DNA of 64,000 nt from Octopus bimaculoides (taxonomy: Eukaryota), in the NCBI RefSeq assembly GCF_001194135.2, contig NC_068990.1:34977341-35041340 (forward strand), given 5' to 3'. The translations under genes were made by a program, and so were the position numbers. This document shows, in pieces, positions 39,721 through 52,789 of this stretch. The notes beneath the pieces were generated by a model. That model made no database searches. It saw only the letters and a list, made by a program, of their open reading frames with translations, and was not told where the DNA came from. Position 1 is the first letter of the stretch; every line of letters starts with the position of its first letter.

Positions 39721-40283
39721 CCCCTTAAAAATAACATTGCACACTTATTTAAATGAAATTGAATACCAATACTTTTCATAAATATTATTGTTTGGATAAG
39801 AGAATCCAGATTTTTTTCTATCTCTTGTAATCAGTTCGAGGGAATCCATTTATCGCAGGGAATTCAGTTTCACCATGGTTTTGGAAGCTCATACGCAAGC
39901 CTGGGTTTCCTCAGTGAGTTGTCAGAAAGATAAACACAATTGCAAAGAGTAACGAAAACAGCGAGGCTCTACGAAATTTTCCCCACCGTATTTTCCCTTT
40001 ACCAGATGAATTATTTCCGCTTTTTATTTCTACTTCCTATGAACGCAGTGCTTTTTCTAAACAAACCGTTAATATTCTAAAGAATCCTAAGAGTCCGCAG
40101 ACAGACCAAGAGTCCAAACTGGTACGCTATCATATGCTTTCTAGAAGTCTATCAACCGACAGTTACAAAATTCATTTCTATTTGCACTCCATTTAGTACC
40201 AAGCTATCGCTGTGCAACAGGTGAGCTGTTCCCCTTTGACTGTTTACAGCATACTTTTTGCTGCTCTGGTACTAAATTCACTT

Positions 40284-40378
40284 TCTTCTTCTTCTTCTTC
40301 TTCTTCTTCTTCTTCTTCTTCTTCTTCTTCTTCTTCTTCTTCTTCTTCTTCTTCTTCTTCTTCTTCTTCTTCTTCTTC
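40284..40378. repeat. (CTT)n microsatellite running into gap
   Basis: Seen directly. Confidence 0.97.
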
Positions 40379-40623
40379 NNNNNNNNNNNNNNNNNNNNNN
40401 NNNNNNNNNNNNNNNNNNNNNNNNNNNNNNNNNNNNNNNNNNNNNNNNNNNNNNNNNNNNNNNNNNNNNNNNNNNNNNNNNNNNNNNNNNNNNNNNNNNN
40501 NNNNNNNNNNNNNNNNNNNNNNNNNNNNNNNNNNNNNNNNNNNNNNNNNNNNNNNNNNNNNNNNNNNNNNNNNNNNNNNNNNNNNNNNNNNNNNNNNNNN
40601 NNNNNTATACATTGTCTCATTAT

Positions 40624-40661
<38 letters not shown>

Positions 40662-41513
40662 GTTTTTGTTGCTGTTGTTACTTATATAACTGAGAAATGG
40701 GGAATATCTTAGTTGACATCCAAATGAGCTGTGCCGTGGTAATATCTAGCGATCTAGTTTTCTGCAAGGTTCAAGAACCGCAAGGACTGATTTTATTTCC
40801 TCTCTCCCCGGACAAAAGATATTACATTAATGTACTTGTTTTAAATTACTAGCCGCATCCAAATTAAGGCTGATGTTTAATGAAAGCGAGTCTTTACTAT
40901 AATCATTACCAAAACCTCCACCGACACTCCCACCACCACCAGCATCATAAACACCACCGCCACTATCATCATCATCCACATCATCATCGTCATTATCTTT
41001 TTCATTATCATCATCATCATCATCATCAGGACGCTAATAATGACCAGATTTAATTGGAATAGCCAATGTGCTCTCCACAGATTCTAATCTGGATTGTCAT
41101 TCATTCCTTGGTGATTTTGTAACATTAAATTACGAATTAGTAGCAACAGACTGAAGATTAATTGACTAGATTTCGTCCCTTCCCCGCCTCTTTCTATTAT
41201 CTCATTTATCCCTATGTTCCTTCTGCGTTCGCCTCCACCATCATCGTAGCTTGAATGGGGCTCCTATCTTAATACAATTGATGCTGTGATTGCTGCTGCA
41301 TTACTCTATGGTAGATAATATGTGCTTAATGAATTTGTGTACGGCTATCGACAAGAATTATGGCTGTCATGTGTATATTTACGCGAGAAAATGATGACCA
41401 TCAAAACATGGAAACGCAAAACCTTATTACGTCTAAGTTTCAATCACTAATAGAATAGATTTGATTCCAGCTACGTTAGTAACGATTATTAGGTGAAATA
41501 TAGAGTACACTCG

Positions 41514-41583
<70 letters not shown>

Positions 41584-42924
41584 CCTACCTACCGATCCAT
41601 CCATCCATCCATCCATCCATAATTTCTTCCAATGCGAATGCCCCGACTATTGCATTGTTCTTGTTATGAATAAATAAGATGTCTGCATGATTAAGTAAAT
41701 AAAAAGAAAAATAAGGATCCTATTATTTATAACTTTATATGCTTCAAGATCTACTGTTCCAAAAATTAATTATTTCTTGTTTTCTCAAAAGTTTAGAGAT
41801 TTTAATTACGTCAAGATGTCAAAATTAGAAAATGTAACAAAAATATTATTTAGGAATGCTCATTATTCCCATTGTGACACATTATACGTTACAACAAATA
41901 AATGTTTTTTCTTCATTCAAGACTATTACATTTTACTCCTAGGTCAACCATGACCTTATATATGTGTGACTAAATGCATTACCTGTATGACATTTCCTTA
42001 CTAGTTTGAGATTACCAAAGGTAAGTCCACGTTTTTTAGTATATTTCATAACATTTAAGATGTAATATTGTAATAGATATTTGGCTGTTATTTCTAGCAC
42101 AAATGTTGACCCTTCTATACTTCGTCTTTTAGTCTAATTGAAATACCAACAAACATATGGTACTATGGTGATGTTAGATAAATATCTGGAAGTGCTTCAT
42201 TATTCCATTGGGACATATAACACATAGAAACAAGTATTTTAAATCAACTTCCAACATTAAAACAACACGCACGAACACACATACAGATAGATACACACGT
42301 ACATACATACACATACTTACACGCACATATGCACACTCGAATTCTTAACTTGAATGTGGCTATCGTAGTTGTTCGCCGCAGTATATTTCTCACATCACCG
42401 CATCAAAAATTACACCAAAAACAACAGCAGTCTCATAAAAGACAAAACAAAAAAACACCCTAGAAACGCAAATGTAATATCTCATTTATAGAGTCTGAAA
42501 TCGGATTACCAGGCAGAACATTTTTAACAAAATTATATCTAACTGACATTTTACTGTATTCATAGTAACATTTTGTTTGGTAAACTAAAATCTGTCGCCA
42601 TCTGTAACCACGCAATCTAGCCAAAATAGTTGACGTTAGCAGAGTCTGTTCTGATTTTAGCATTCAAGCCAAGATTCTACTTGAGGATGACTTCTTCTAT
42701 TTCACTCACCACTCTCGCAAAATGTAGAAAAGGCCATAAATCCCGAGCTTTATCTGCTGTTTAGAACGTCATATACATACTTTGCGACTAATCTCCACGC
42801 CCTACGAATGTTACATTCTGAAATTGAAGTAATGGAGCCCGGTGAAGTGCAGCAATATTAATATAATATAAATAAATCTAATACACTCTATCTGCATATC
42901 CAACTTCCTTTATTTCCTTCCTTC

Positions 42925-42963
<39 letters not shown>

Positions 42964-42989
42964 TATACATACGTACATACATATATATA

Positions 42990-43690
42990 CAAGGTGCAAT
43001 GGGTAAATTGTCACCATTTTATATTTTTTTATTCCACGCATGCTCATTGTTTTTTTTTTAATTTCCTGGACTACACAGTATAGTAGGGTTAGTTGGGCAC
43101 CGTCTGTGATAAAAACAGCACCATGACGCAATTCACTCTGCCAGAAATTTGGAAACTACAAGCTGTTATGCTTGGCATTCACAACGGAAGCTTCAGTATG
43201 AACATTTCAGAGTGTTTGGGTGTCAATCTCAGGACAGTGCAGTCTGAGGACATGTCCCGAGAGTGATAAAAATCAAACATCCAGTCAACATCATGGTGTT
43301 TGGAGTGATTACTTGTGATGGAGACGTTATGTGATGGCGACGTCATCTTCCCACACGGCCTCAGACTCAACACAGAAACCTACATCAAGTGCCTGGAAGA
43401 GATAGTTCTGCGCTGGATCAAGAGGGTGGTTGCTGGATGACCGACCCTATGTCTGGCAACAAGACTCTGCACCATATCTTACTAGCAAGGAAACCCAGAA
43501 ATGGCCGCCAGACAATTTCTGCGATCACATCACCCCTAACATCTGGCTATCTAACTCCCCAGACAGCAAACCTCTTGATTATTACGTGTGGGCACAGCAC
43601 AGTTGAGCGAGAGACCAATAAAACTCTTTGTAACACCAAAGATGGACTGAATGCTAGGATTATGGCAACATTCACCAGAAGAGTTGCAGG
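42990..43690 (+). mobile_element. maT-family (DD37D) Tc1/mariner relic, internally deleted; left terminus present
   Basis: TA followed by caaggtgcaatgggtaaattgtcacc; ATG at 43123. KHPVNIMVFGVIT.DG and WQQDSAP...NSPDSKPLDYYVW have exactly 37 residues between the two D. Right TIR not seen. Confidence 0.85.
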
Positions 43691-44661
43691 AGAGGACAGG
43701 GAATCGTCAATTAGTAATAAAATTAATAATTAACAATTTTGCCGGGTAGCTCAGTATGAAAAAGNNNNNNNNNNNNNNNNNNNNNNNNNNNNNNNNNNNN
43801 NNNNNNNNNNNNNNNNNNNNNNNNNNNNNNNNNNNNNNNNNNNNNNNNNNNNNNNNNNNNNNNNNNNNNNNNNNNNNNNNNNNNNNNNNNNNNNNNNNNN
43901 NNNNNNNNNNNNNNNNNNNNNNNNNNNNNNNNNNNNNNNNNNNNNNNNNNNNNNNNNNNNNNNNNNNNNNNNNNNNNNNNNNNNNNNNNNNNNNNNNNNN
44001 NNNNNNNNNNNNNNNNNNNNNNNNNNNNNNNNNNNNNNNNNNNNNNNNNNNNNNNNNNNNNNNNNNNNNNNNNNNNNNNNNNNNNNNNNNNNNNNNNNNN
44101 NNNNNNNNNNNNNNNNNNNNNNNNNNNNNNNNNNNNNNNNNNNNNNNNNNNNNNNNNNNNNNNNNNNNNNNNNNNNNNNNNNNNNNNNNNNNNNNNNNNN
44201 NNNNNNNNNNNNNNNNNNNNNNNNNNNNNNNNNNNNNNNNNNNNNNNNNNNNNNNNNNNNNNNNNNNNNNNNNNNNNNNNNNNNNNNNNNNNNNNNNNNN
44301 NNNNNNNNNNNNNNNNNNNNNNNNNNNNNNNNNNNNNNNNNNNNNNNNNNNNNNNNNNNNNNNNNNNNNNNNNNNNNNNNNNNNNNNNNNNNNNNNNNNN
44401 NNNNNNNNNNNNNNNNNNNNNNNNNNNNNNNNNNNNNNNNNNNNNNNNNNNNNNNNNNNNNNNNNNNNNNNNNNNNNNNNNNNNNNNNNNNNNNNNNNNN
44501 NNNNNNNNNNNNNNNNNNNNNNNNNNNNNNNNNNNNNNNNNNNNNNNNNNNNNNNNNNNNNNNNNNNNNNNNNNNNNNNNNNNNNNNNNNNNNNNNNNNN
44601 NNNNNNNNNNNNNNNNNNNNNNNNNNNNNNNNNNNNNNNNNNNNNNNNNNNNNNNNNNNNN

Positions 44662-44972
44662 TGAGTGTTTATTGAGCGAAAACTCCTAAAGCTCCACGAG
44701 GCTCCGGCAGGGGATGGTGGCGAACCCTGCTGTACTCTTTCACCACAACTTTCTCTCACTCTTACTTCCTGTTTCTGTTGTGCCTGTAATTCAAAGGGTC
44801 AGCCTTGTCACACTGTGTCACGCTGAATATCCCCGAGAACTACGTTAAGGGTACACGTGTCTGTGGAGTGCTCAGCCAATTGCACGTTAATTTCACGAGC
44901 AGGCTCTTCACTTGATCGAATCAACTGGAATCCTCGTCGTCGTAAGCGACGGAGTGCCTACAACAACAACAA
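44662..44972 (+). mobile_element. 3' end of a non-LTR retroposon (SINE or LINE 3' UTR) with (CAA)n tail; 5' part in gap
   Basis: Ends ...gacggagtgccta(caa)n. A second partial copy lies at 12053-12165. Family not assigned. Confidence 0.7.
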
Positions 44973-45551
44973 CCCTAGCATAAATTGATGATTATCAGCC
45001 AGAAACGAAGGTTGTGTCTACCACTGTAAACCGAAAATAGAAACGATGTTTTCATTTCTTAATTTTACTGAAAATAATTATTGAAACTTTTTTATAGAAG
45101 GCACTACAAAAATCCACGGTGCAGGATTGAACGCGAAAGCATCTAGTTTCGACACAACATAGTTAAGTATCAGCTGTGCTATAATCATTCATTGTCGATG
45201 TTTTACTTTTTCGGCTCCAAAATCAATTCAGCATCTCTATCTAAAGCAAATTACATTTGAAACGTTTGTGTATAAAATTGTGTTAGCCAAAGTATGACTA
45301 AGAAATGTATAAATTATTTAGCGAGGTAAGAAGAAAAAAAAAATGGAGGGAAATTTAACTGGAGGAAATGGAAGATAAAAAGTCATGAGAAATGAAACTA
45401 AATTAATGGAAATAAATTTACATCTTACTGACTAACATATGCGGAAGGAGGCTACGCTGTCAATAAGGTAGCTTTATCAGTTTGAAATGAATACCCTCCT
45501 CTATCTCTCTCAGACTGTCCCCCACTTTCTCAATGTAGGTGTGCCATTGGT

Positions 45552-45563
45552 ACTACTACCACC

Positions 45564-45628
<65 letters not shown>

Positions 45629-45638
45629 CACCACCACC
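45552..45638. repeat. (CAC)n(TAC)n(CAC)n microsatellite
   Basis: Seen directly. Confidence 0.95.
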
Positions 45639-46851
45639 GCCTATTAGGTCTGCACGACTATATTGATCTATTATTTTCTCTTATATACGTATACACACAT
45701 ATACAACGTAAGCGGGCCTGCAGACACATACAAACACACGCGTACACACAGACAACGACACAGACAGACAGACAGACACATTTTAAAATCGGAGTCTGAA
45801 TCGCTAATCGAAGTTTCTCGTCACTAACCCCCAGGCTATGAAGCTATGCTCTCATACGTACATTACTCTCATGCCCACATCTGTGTGTGCAAATACACAN
45901 NNNNNNNNNNNNNNNNNNNNNNNNNNNNNNNNNNNNNNNNNNNNNNNNNNNNNNNNNNNNNNNNNNNNNNNNNNNNNNNNNNNNNNNNNNNNNNNNNNNN
46001 NNNNNNNNNNNNNNNNNNNNNNNNNNNNNNNNNNNNNNNNNNNNNNNNNNNNNNNNNNNNNNNNNNNNNNNNNNNNNNNNNNNNNNNNNNNNNNNNNNNN
46101 NNNNNNNNNNNNNNNNNNNNNNNNNNNNNNNNNNNNNNNNNNNNNNNNNNNNNNNNNNNNNNNNNNNNNNNNNNNNNNNNNNNNNNNNNNNNNNNNNNNN
46201 NNNNNNNNNNNNNNNNNNNNNNNNNNNNNNNNNNNNNNNNNNNNNNNNNNNNNNNNNNNNNNNNNNNNNNNNNNNNNNNNNNNNNNNNNNNNNNNNNNNN
46301 NNNNNNNNNNNNNNNNNNNNNNNNNNNNNNNNNNNNNNNNNNNNNNNNNNNNNNNNNNNNNNNNNNNNNNNNNNNNNNNNNNNNNNNNNNNNNATATATA
46401 TATATATATATATATAATATATATATATAATATATATCAATGAAAAAAATTAGGAAAACCAATGTTAATAACGACATTAGCTACAACAATAATTTCAAGA
46501 ACATCAACCTCACCAACAATATTACATAGAAGATATAATATATAGGGACCAGAAGAAGGAGAAGAACAGCAACAACATCAAAGATGAAAACAATGATTGA
46601 ATTCAAGGAACAAATCAACAATAAAAAATGCATACGAACTGGAATATAACAAAGCAACATATAAATATAAAAGTGCCAGTAACAATAATAATGGTAATAT
46701 GACAGAAACAAAGAAAAACAAGAAAACTAACGATAACAATATATTAAGCAAAGCAAAGACATCATCATCATCATCACAACATAAATTACATATCAACATG
46801 GAATTACTGATCGCAGTTTGATGTATATGTGTGTGTGTGTGTGTGTGTGTA

Positions 46852-46902
<51 letters not shown>

Positions 46903-47031
46903 NNNNNNNNNNNNNNNNNNNNNNNNNNNNNNNNNNNNNNNNNNNNNNNNNNNNNNNNNNNNNNNNNNNNNNNNNNNNNNNNNNNNNNNNNNNNNNNNNN
47001 NNNNNNNNNNNNNNNNNNNNNNNNNNNNNNN

Positions 47032-47067
<36 letters not shown>

Positions 47068-47970
47068 GTATATGTGTATAAGCAGGTATATAAACATTAA
47101 AGTGATTTTATCCTTACTTCTATATAAAGAATATTTATACAAGTATATATATATGTATATATATATGTGTGAATATATATACATATCTGTATGTATATAT
47201 ATCTAAGATCAGAAATATAGTTTTAGTTTTCATTTTCAGAAGTATTTGTTAGAAGTTACTTTTATATTTAATGTGTGTGATAGACATCTATACGTATATT
47301 TAGACATATATATGTATAAATGTATGTGTACATACACATGTGTGTGTGTGTGAGTGTATACGTGTATGTGTGTGTGTGTGTGCGTATGCATGTGTGAATA
47401 TGAGGACAAGCAAGATAAAACACCATAAGGACAAGTTTTAACGAAGGGGTTATTAATACCAAGGGAGTGTATATTTTATAACATTTATAAATAGGTCTTA
47501 CAGGTGTTTCGAGGATATTTCCTGGCGCTTAACTATGGTGCATTCTTAGCACTTAGTTAACATTACCTGAAACCTCTGGTTCTAATCGACACCATTACCG
47601 ATCATAACGTCCATATATATATATATATATATATATANNNNNNNNNNNNNNNNNNNNNNNNNNNNNNNNNNNNNNNNNNNNNNNNNNNNNNNNNNNNNNN
47701 NNNNNNNNNNNNNNNNNNNNNNNNNNNNNNNNNNNNNNNNNNNNNNNNNNNNNNNNNNNNNNNNNNNNNNNNNNNNNNNNNNNNNNNNNNNNNNNNNNNN
47801 NNNNNNNNNNNNNNNNNNNNNNNNNNNNNNNNNNNNNNNNNNNNNNNNNNNNNNNNNNNNNNNNNNNNNNNNNNNNNNNNNNNNNNNNNNNNNNNNNNNN
47901 NNNNNNNNNNNNNNNNNNNNNNNNNNNNNNNNNNNNNNNNNNNNNNNNNNNNNNNNNNNNNNNNNNNNNN

Positions 47971-48029
<59 letters not shown>

Positions 48030-48863
48030 AAACACACACACACATGTGCATGTACAAATGCGTAAATTTTCTTAATAGATTGCATGTATTAATGTATAAG
48101 TACTATGTGTGTGTGCGTATGTGTGTTCGTGTATTGCCATGTACGTTCCTATACATGCAAGCCTTTATGTACACGTGCATACAATTATACACACGCACGC
48201 ATACACATATATATGTATATATATATATATATGCAAATATATATGCTTGCATTTATGAGCGTTCGTGTATAATGTGTACTCTTACAGACAATGTTTACAA
48301 TGATTCTTTTATGTGCACTCACCAACGCATATACTTGCACGTGTTCAAACATATGCCCAGATTCACTAGCGTATTTTTGCAAACACATATGTATCTCTAT
48401 TCGTATATATGAATATCCATGGGGTTATAAACACGTGTATGCCGAACATTTTATAATTTTTTCTTCAGTCTGGCTGAATTCCTTCGCCATTACACTATGC
48501 ACGTTTATCATGTATTTTTGTGATTCTTTAGTTTTGTAACTCTTTAGTTTTCAAATATTAATCTCATCAGAAAAGTTTATAATCAAGTGTTTTACTCGTG
48601 GCTGGAGGGTGGATTCAAGCACAATCGCTATGCAGTGGCGTGGGGCTGTTGATGATGTCGTTATTGCATTGACAACGTTGAAAGCAGTGATAATGTATAA
48701 ACTAAATATTAAAATAAAAAATTACAAACGAATTATACAAGTACTTTTTGAAAACTTAGCTCTTTCTGATATTAGCTTAGAGCAAATGTTCGAAACAATC
48801 AAGTTATACTAAAATACATACGTATCTTAACACAAAAAAAAATATAAGCTCACAAATAAAGAA

Positions 48864-48894
<31 letters not shown>

Positions 48895-48920
48895 AAGGTT
48901 TGAAGGTGATGCACAGAAAT

Positions 48921-49221
48921 TATATAGAAAAAAATTAAGGTACTCATAAATCTGGATGTTTGTACATTTACAGATTTTTATTAATGTCACATANNNNNNN
49001 NNNAAGGTACTCATAAATCTGGATGTTTGTACATTTACAGATTTTTATTAATGTCACATATTAAATAAAGCGCTTTTCACCTAGTCGTGTAGGATTTTCA
49101 AATTGTTTTGAAAATCCTACACGACTAGGTGAAAAGCGCTTTATTTAATATGTGACATTAGTAAAAATCTGTAAATGTACAAACATCCAGATTTCTGACT
49201 ACCTTAATTTTTTTCTATATA
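48921..49221. repeat. Long near-perfect inverted repeat (arms 99 bp as assembled, 115 bp if the 10-N gap overlap is collapsed; 4-nt loop)
   Basis: 49004-49102 versus reverse complement of 49107-49205: 3 mismatches; loop ttgt at 49103-49106. 48937-48993 duplicates 49004-49060 across the gap. 48921-48936 pairs with 49206-49221. Confidence 0.95.
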
Positions 49222-50269
49222 TACATATATATGTTTATATATAACGATGACGACTAAAGTGGACATTTAATGTGCTAGAGGAAGAACACAAGTTGTGTCT
49301 ACTAAGACCTAATAGTTCTCAAAAGAAATTCAGCGAAATAGCAAACCGTATGTGGGCAAGACATTAAAAATTAATTAAATAAAATTAAAACATTGTTTTA
49401 ATTTCGGAATTAATATTCTCTTACCGAGGATATATATATATATGACTGCATATGCTTGTGTATGTGTGTGTAAATTAGGAAATTAAAAGCTGGTCATAGA
49501 GTGACGATTGGTATCGCACCGAAAAATCGATTAGCACTAGACGAGTAGCCGATACTGCTAAACCCTTTAAAAGCACGAAATCTATGTTCACTCAATGATT
49601 GGCAATAACTTTTAATTTCCTTATAAATGCGTTACTTTTCCAATGCTTTAGTATGTACTTCGTTTTGGGATATATAAACTACTAACGATATATATGTATG
49701 TGTAGCAAAAATACGGATAGCGAAAACTTAATTAGAAAGCCGACAATTGTTTCTGTTGTGTCAACGATTTTGGTTAGAGACAATACTATTGAAAATAATA
49801 TATTCAAAAATATGTATCAACACAAAGTTTACAAGGCGATTCAAAATTAGTTATCTTCAAAGTGAACTAAGAAATTAGTTAAATTCAATGAGAACTCTAA
49901 ATATATCAAAATTCTTGTAAATGGTATTTGGATTTACTTGTCATACATGAAGAATTACCTTGGATGTAAATTCTATTTGCATTTATTGAAGTCATTGTTT
50001 GATACCGTTAACCAAATTCGTTTAAAATTCAATGCTTTATTGATTTCTGCTTGGATTATTGAATCGCATTTTACTTATTATATGTATGTGCGCGTGCACA
50101 TACATATATACATATATATACATATATTCATATATTTCAAATTAATAATAAAAGTGTAAAATTAATCAATCAATTAATTCATAATCTTACTAAGTAGACT
50201 GGTGCGTTAAAATAACCTTTATAGGTAAAATTATACAAATGTTTCTATAATTATAAACATAATTATAAT

Positions 50270-50518
50270 TAGGGGGTCAGCTATTTGCTTCACCACATAC
50301 CGAATTTAGAAATAGGAGATACTTACAGTAGTAGAAAGAAGACATGCACTCAACACCAGAGCTGAAGACACCTCCGAAAGTGGGGGGGGGCACGTCAAAA
50401 CGGTAGAGGAGTAGGGGCCGAAACCGGACGTGGTTCCTCCTGATGATGTCTTGAGCTAACTGGATCCAATAAAGGAGCTGTTGTGGTAGCAGACCATGAA
50501 ACATGGTTGAAATTCCTT

Positions 50519-50520
<2 letters not shown>
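50270..50520 (+). mobile_element. Possible Penelope-like element 3' end/pLTR ending in (TA)n
   Basis: Weak: G.SYLLPP-like ORF end followed by CTGAAGA, GAAAC and CTGATGA boxes, then (TA)n. Inference only. Confidence 0.3.
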
Positions 50521-50560
<40 letters not shown>

Positions 50561-50657
50561 AACATGCAAGAAGTAAATAGATACATTTAATTTTCAAACT
50601 CTTTATTTAATAAACAGACAATTGATATGTAATCGATAGGTAAGACTACATACTTTA

Positions 50658-51240
50658 TTATTTAGTTGGCATTCCCTTTGCGGTTTTCAATTCAGAAACT
50701 TTTTTTGCCATTGAACCGATGAGCTTTGTGATTGTCTCTTGTGGAATTTCTGCCCACTTTTTACGCAACAATCAAAACAATTAACCTTTAGATTTAGGTT
50801 TCTGCCGAGTATTTCGTATAGCTCAATCTAGTATGCTTCGAAGATTTTCAATTGGGTTCATGTCAGGGGATTGGCTCGGCCAAGGTACCTTTTTGATCCC
50901 ATTTTCAGTCAGCCATTGTTGATTCTTTTTCGCTGTGTGCCATGGAGCCCCATCTTCCATGAATAAAAACTCATTTTTCGCTATGTTATCGTGTGAATAC
51001 ATCAGAAGTAGTTCTTGCTTAAAAATTTCGATGTATTTTTCAGAGTTTATAGTTCCAACACTTTTGATCAGCTAAGAACGACCATTGTTGGTGACAGCTC
51101 CCCATACCATTACAGAGATAACGCCATGTTTCACAGTCGGTTGGAGTCGTTTCAAATCAAATACTTGATTGGGAAGCCTCCAGACCCAAACACGCCCACC
51201 GTCTGAAAATAATTCAAATCTGGATTTACTGCATTAAAAT
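50658..51240 (-). mobile_element. Tc1 (DD34E) transposase C-terminal half, decayed; different family from the 7.9-kb copy
   Basis: [38 protein letters not shown]...WPSQSPDMNPIEN (34-residue spacing); ends AKGMPTK* at 50658. Confidence 0.9.
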
Positions 51241-51244
51241 TTAG

Positions 51245-51595
51245 ATGTTAAAATCTCAGTTCAAACTAACGGAAAGAGAGGACTGGGAGATGTTTGCTGC
51301 TTTTCAGCTGCGATATACATCAGATCGTGTTAACTGGCATCCATACTCTTATGCACCCACTTCAGATTTGCATTTTGTGCAAAGTCTGCAGCTCTACAAG
51401 CAAAAGGATGACAAAATTACAAATGCTGCACATTTGCGGTACCTCTCTGAGGAGCTTGTGGCACTTGCATTTTTTTTTATTCAGCTGTTTCGCATGAGAC
51501 AAAAGACGAAATGAAGTATGCTCTGCAGACACCAGTTCACTCAAAACCCTGAAAATTGAAAAGAAATTTTTTGACCACTTTTTGGCATCCCCCTA
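51245..51595 (+). mobile_element. hAT-like (hATm-type) transposase C-terminal relic with putative right terminus
   Basis: YAPTSDLHFVQSLQLYK..D.KI..AAHLRYLSEELVALAFF resembles the HLWYLSEELVALAFFD block of hATm-like transposases. End ...ggcatccccta reads TAGGG on the other strand. Superfamily call is from memory. Confidence 0.55.
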
Positions 51596-52789
51596 ATATA
51601 TANNNNNNNNNNNNNNNNNNNNNNNNNNNNNNNNNNNNNNNNNNNNNNNNNNNNNNNNNNNNNNNNNNNNNNNNNNNNNNNNNNNNNNNNNNNNNNNNNN
51701 NNNNNNNNNNNNNNNNNNNNNNNNNNNNNNNNNNNNNNNNNNNNNNNNNNNNNNNNNNNNNNNNNNNNNNNNNNNNNNNNNNNNNNNNNNNNNNNNNNNN
51801 NNNNNNNNNNNNNNNNNNNNNNNNNNNNNNNNNNNNNNNNNNNNNNNNNNNNNNNNNNNNNNNNNNNNNNNNNNNNNNNNNNNNNNNNNNNNNNNNNNNN
51901 NNNNNNNNNNNNNNNNNNNNNNNNNNNNNNNNNNNNNNNNNNNNNNNNNNNNNNNNNNNNNNNNNNNNNNNNNNNNNNNNNNNNNNNNNNNNNNNNNNNN
52001 NNNNNNNNNNNNNNNNNNNNNNNNNNNNNNNNNNNNNNNNNNNNNNNNNNNNNATATAAGCACACGCACACAATGATATATGCATACACATAAAGACAGA
52101 GGGGTTAGGGACAGAAAGCAACACCTTAATATTCAGTGTTCTGTAAATTTTGCAGACGTATTTCCTCATAAGACCATAGTAACAGCAACAATAGTATAAC
52201 ATAATGCTCCTATATTGTCATTCCATACTAGGGTCAACTTCTTCCTCTGGGACATCTCCACTCTGCGAAGTTGATGCTGGTCTGACAGATGAAACATGAA
52301 ATAAAGCGCACGTGATGAAGTATGCAACGCGCTGCTTCGTTTGAGTATGGAACCCACTACTTTGTGATCGTTTTCTCAATATCCTAACTCGTAACTAGAG
52401 CGCTGACTGTCATTTGGTGGATTGGAACATTGATCTTTCATATTTGATTTGTCCAGTGTGTATTTCAGTTAGATATATAACTGCTGAGGATGATGACGAA
52501 AGCAGAAATGCATATTTCAGGTCTATGAGGCATTAACAATATATTTTCTGTTGAATGTATAACAGGAAATAGAACCGTCTTTACGTAAAGATAACTTAGC
52601 GAAAATGATCTTACATTCGAAAACACTCATTTAATTCTTTATATATTATATTGATAGATTATATAAGAAAAACACCGCATACTTATATAAAAGAGGAAAT
52701 AGAATTTGTGACATTCGATTCTTCCAAAGGGCAATAGAACAGAGAATGATATTTAAATAACTGTCACCGGAAGTTGAATTTAAATCATG

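Noticed and set aside
41943-42026. Perfect AAG|GTAAGT donor at 42021 with upstream acceptors
   Set aside because: The 78-nt version has stops in all frames and the 16-nt version shifts frame. Isolated matches are expected by chance at this scale.
48937-48993. 57-bp direct repeat flanking a 10-N gap
   Set aside because: Identical copies on either side of a minimal gap indicate an unmerged contig overlap, not a real duplication.
52312-52406. C/D snoRNA (GTGATGA ... CTGA)
   Set aside because: No terminal stem and no recognisable rRNA-complementary guide.
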